The position numbers and the translations under genes are program-made. 64,000 nucleotides of DNA, from NCBI GenBank assembly GCA_976226885.1, contig OZ320313.1:130882001-130946000 (forward strand), in the 5' to 3' direction. This DNA is from Iphione sp. A-MEVVRFRX5. Its lineage: Eukaryota. The notes below the pieces were generated by a model that was not told where the DNA came from, ran no database searches, and saw nothing but the letters and a program-made list of their open reading frames with translations. This document shows, piece after piece, positions 61,906 to 64,000 of this stretch (its first letter is position 1; each line of letters begins with the position of its first letter).

Positions 61906-62208
61906 GGCCTAAACAAAAAATAACTGTGTTTCTGGTAACCCGACCGACCCTCCATTACAGCCAATTGTAACTTCTTTGAATGTTCTTTGAATAACTTCAG
62001 AATGAATAATGATAGAGACAAGGGACTAGCTTTCATTTGCTATAAGTTTCATTAAAATCTAAGTAATTGAAGTGATATTACCATACACATTTCTTCTTAC
62101 CACCCTGAATTAACATAGAAATAAATGAAAAATAAAAAAATAGTAGCTACTGACCGACCCTCTAGTTTTTGGCTTGTGACCAGAAACACAGAACTTTTCT
62201 TTTAGGCC
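61906..62208. mobile_element. MITE of the same family as 50218-50532 (opposite orientation)
   Basis: GGCCTAAACAAAAAATAACTGTGTTTCTGGTAACC...ACCAGAAACACAGAACTTTTCTTTTAGGCC. Confidence 0.75.
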
Positions 62209-64000
62209 ATAAAGCCAGCACTCTTATCCACTGCGCCACAGAGGCTGAACAAAGGTTATACAATGATTCTTTCTTTCATTTCAGGGGGAAAGATGGTGAC
62301 CGCTATTAAAAAAACAATTCTTGGTGAAGCGTGATTTCCTTTTTCTTTAAGTGTTACAGCTGATTTGAATTCTTGGTGAAGCGTTATTAGCTATGCCCTG
62401 ACTCCCCCTGTAACCAACATTATCATAATATACAGAAGGGTCAGTGGTAACACTTGTTATAATCTAGTAATTACGCCAATTAGGAACATTATATTTAACA
62501 AAACATAAGCAAAAATGGTTTAATAAACGAAATATACTATACTCCCGGGCCATATTATTGATTCTATGTAATTGATCTAGATCAGCTACGGACAGTTTTA
62601 GAGGTTAGACAATGTGGGAGGTTTATCTTATAAATCACAGCCTTGTCAGTTGGGGTTCACAGCAGAAGCGTGTGTGGTCTAGTTTGAGTGATTTGCACGA
62701 TACAGAACTTACGTGCGCTTTTCACGTGCTGTCCGATGTTATGTTGTGCTAATCTTTCTCACTGCACTGATGGCATCTAGTGTGTAAACTGTGTACTACT
62801 TAGCCCTCAGTGACACCACGTATGGATAAGTAAAGGTAACACGCCCTTAGCCTGTTTAACCATTGTTTGTTTTGCCTCTAGTTACCCATCTGCTCCACAT
62901 CTCTTTGCATATTACCATATAAGTGGGTCTTTTGAGGTACCAATGACAAGCTATTGCAGTTTTGAAGTTGGCCACGTGGAAATTTGGCCTAAAGTCATGT
63001 TATTCCACAAAGAAGAACAACACATTGGTGATCTTTATTAGCTACATTAGATATGGGATAAAATGTACATCTTTAGCATGCACAATAAATAACAACACAT
63101 TAGTGAAGATCATTATACAAACATATACAATAAAGTCAATCAGCTTTTTGGACCCAAGGTTTTACTTTTATTTGCAAAAATATTCTTAACCAGGATATGT
63201 GTGACAAGCTGATTGAACTTATAGTGTATTGCTCAGGAGCTACAAATTTCCACAAAGCCAATGTATCAAAAAAGAACCACCATCACATCAGAGAATCAAT
63301 CAAAGCATTACTTTTTGCGAAATGATCACAAAATAGCAGAAGAAAGTGTATTGTTCTAGTGTTTTAACACCTAGTCATATATCAATTTGGACAGACAGCC
63401 ATAAAGGTCAGCAGACAGATTTAAATAAGTGATTCTATATTGGTAAAATAGTTACTGTTGATATTTTGAATTTATAAGTGAAAATCATATAAGAACCACG
63501 TTTAGCTTTTTCAGAGAGGATGTGCAGATTCATCAATCAGACCTCAGGATGGAACTGGGTCAGTTATTTTCAGGAAGAGTCATGCAATGCACTGTTGCTC
63601 CTGAAATGACGCCTCCTGTAGAAAATGCTGCAAATGGCTTTGAACAAGATATTGACACAAGGCTGGCCATCCATATGCATAGAACGCTATTAGGTAATGA
63701 CCTACCAGTAAGAAGTCATGTAGGAGTGGGAGGAGACTGCGACATATGATGAGCTTGAGTGACTGACATGACCCATCAAAAGTGAATATTGTAGACAGTG
63801 TTGGGCTGAAAAAAGAGGAGCAAACATGGTAAGGTCGCGCAATGCGTATAGATGGTCTTACCATCTACTTTGACTCTAGTGCTCCATCTGAATAACACCT
63901 CTTCTTCATTGTTTTAAAAATTAACGCTTCATTTCTGACTATGTAAATGTTATAAGATAAATGTAAAAATAGAGAAAATGGATATAAAATCTTGAAACAT

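Noticed and set aside
63515-63692. Candidate plus-strand exon (TTTTCAG|...CTATTAG|GTAATG; EDVQIHQSDLRMELGQLFSG...)
   Set aside because: Plausible splice signals but no recognisable homology and no phase-linked neighbour in the window; it cannot be supported without transcript data.

Overview
Eukaryotic (animal) genomic DNA, most likely a lophotrochozoan such as a mollusc (inferred from AT-rich introns, GC-rich exons and the repeat families present; not provable here). The left half holds one minus-strand gene that I assembled by hand into 27 phase-compatible coding exons (33207 down to 6104; 7362 nt, 2454 codons, no in-frame stop found). It encodes a signal peptide followed by at least five tandem class C GPCR (mGluR/CaSR-like) Venus flytrap (VFT/ANF_receptor) modules, joined by short three-cysteine linkers. 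The gene runs off the left edge, so a cysteine-rich domain or 7TM region cannot be confirmed. A very young, intact Mag-type Ty3/Gypsy retrotransposon (836-6033; 128-bp LTRs, 5-bp TSD, tRNA-Ser PBS, PPT) sits in sense orientation 70 bp downstream of the last visible exon. Two introns appear to use GC donors, and several exon ends are tandemly re-duplicated into the adjacent introns. The right half (34-64 kb) has no confident host gene. It contains minisatellites, several MITE families, a PIF/Harbinger-related element with an AT TSD carrying a decayed RTE LINE, a 3' LINE fragment and a ~230-bp satellite.
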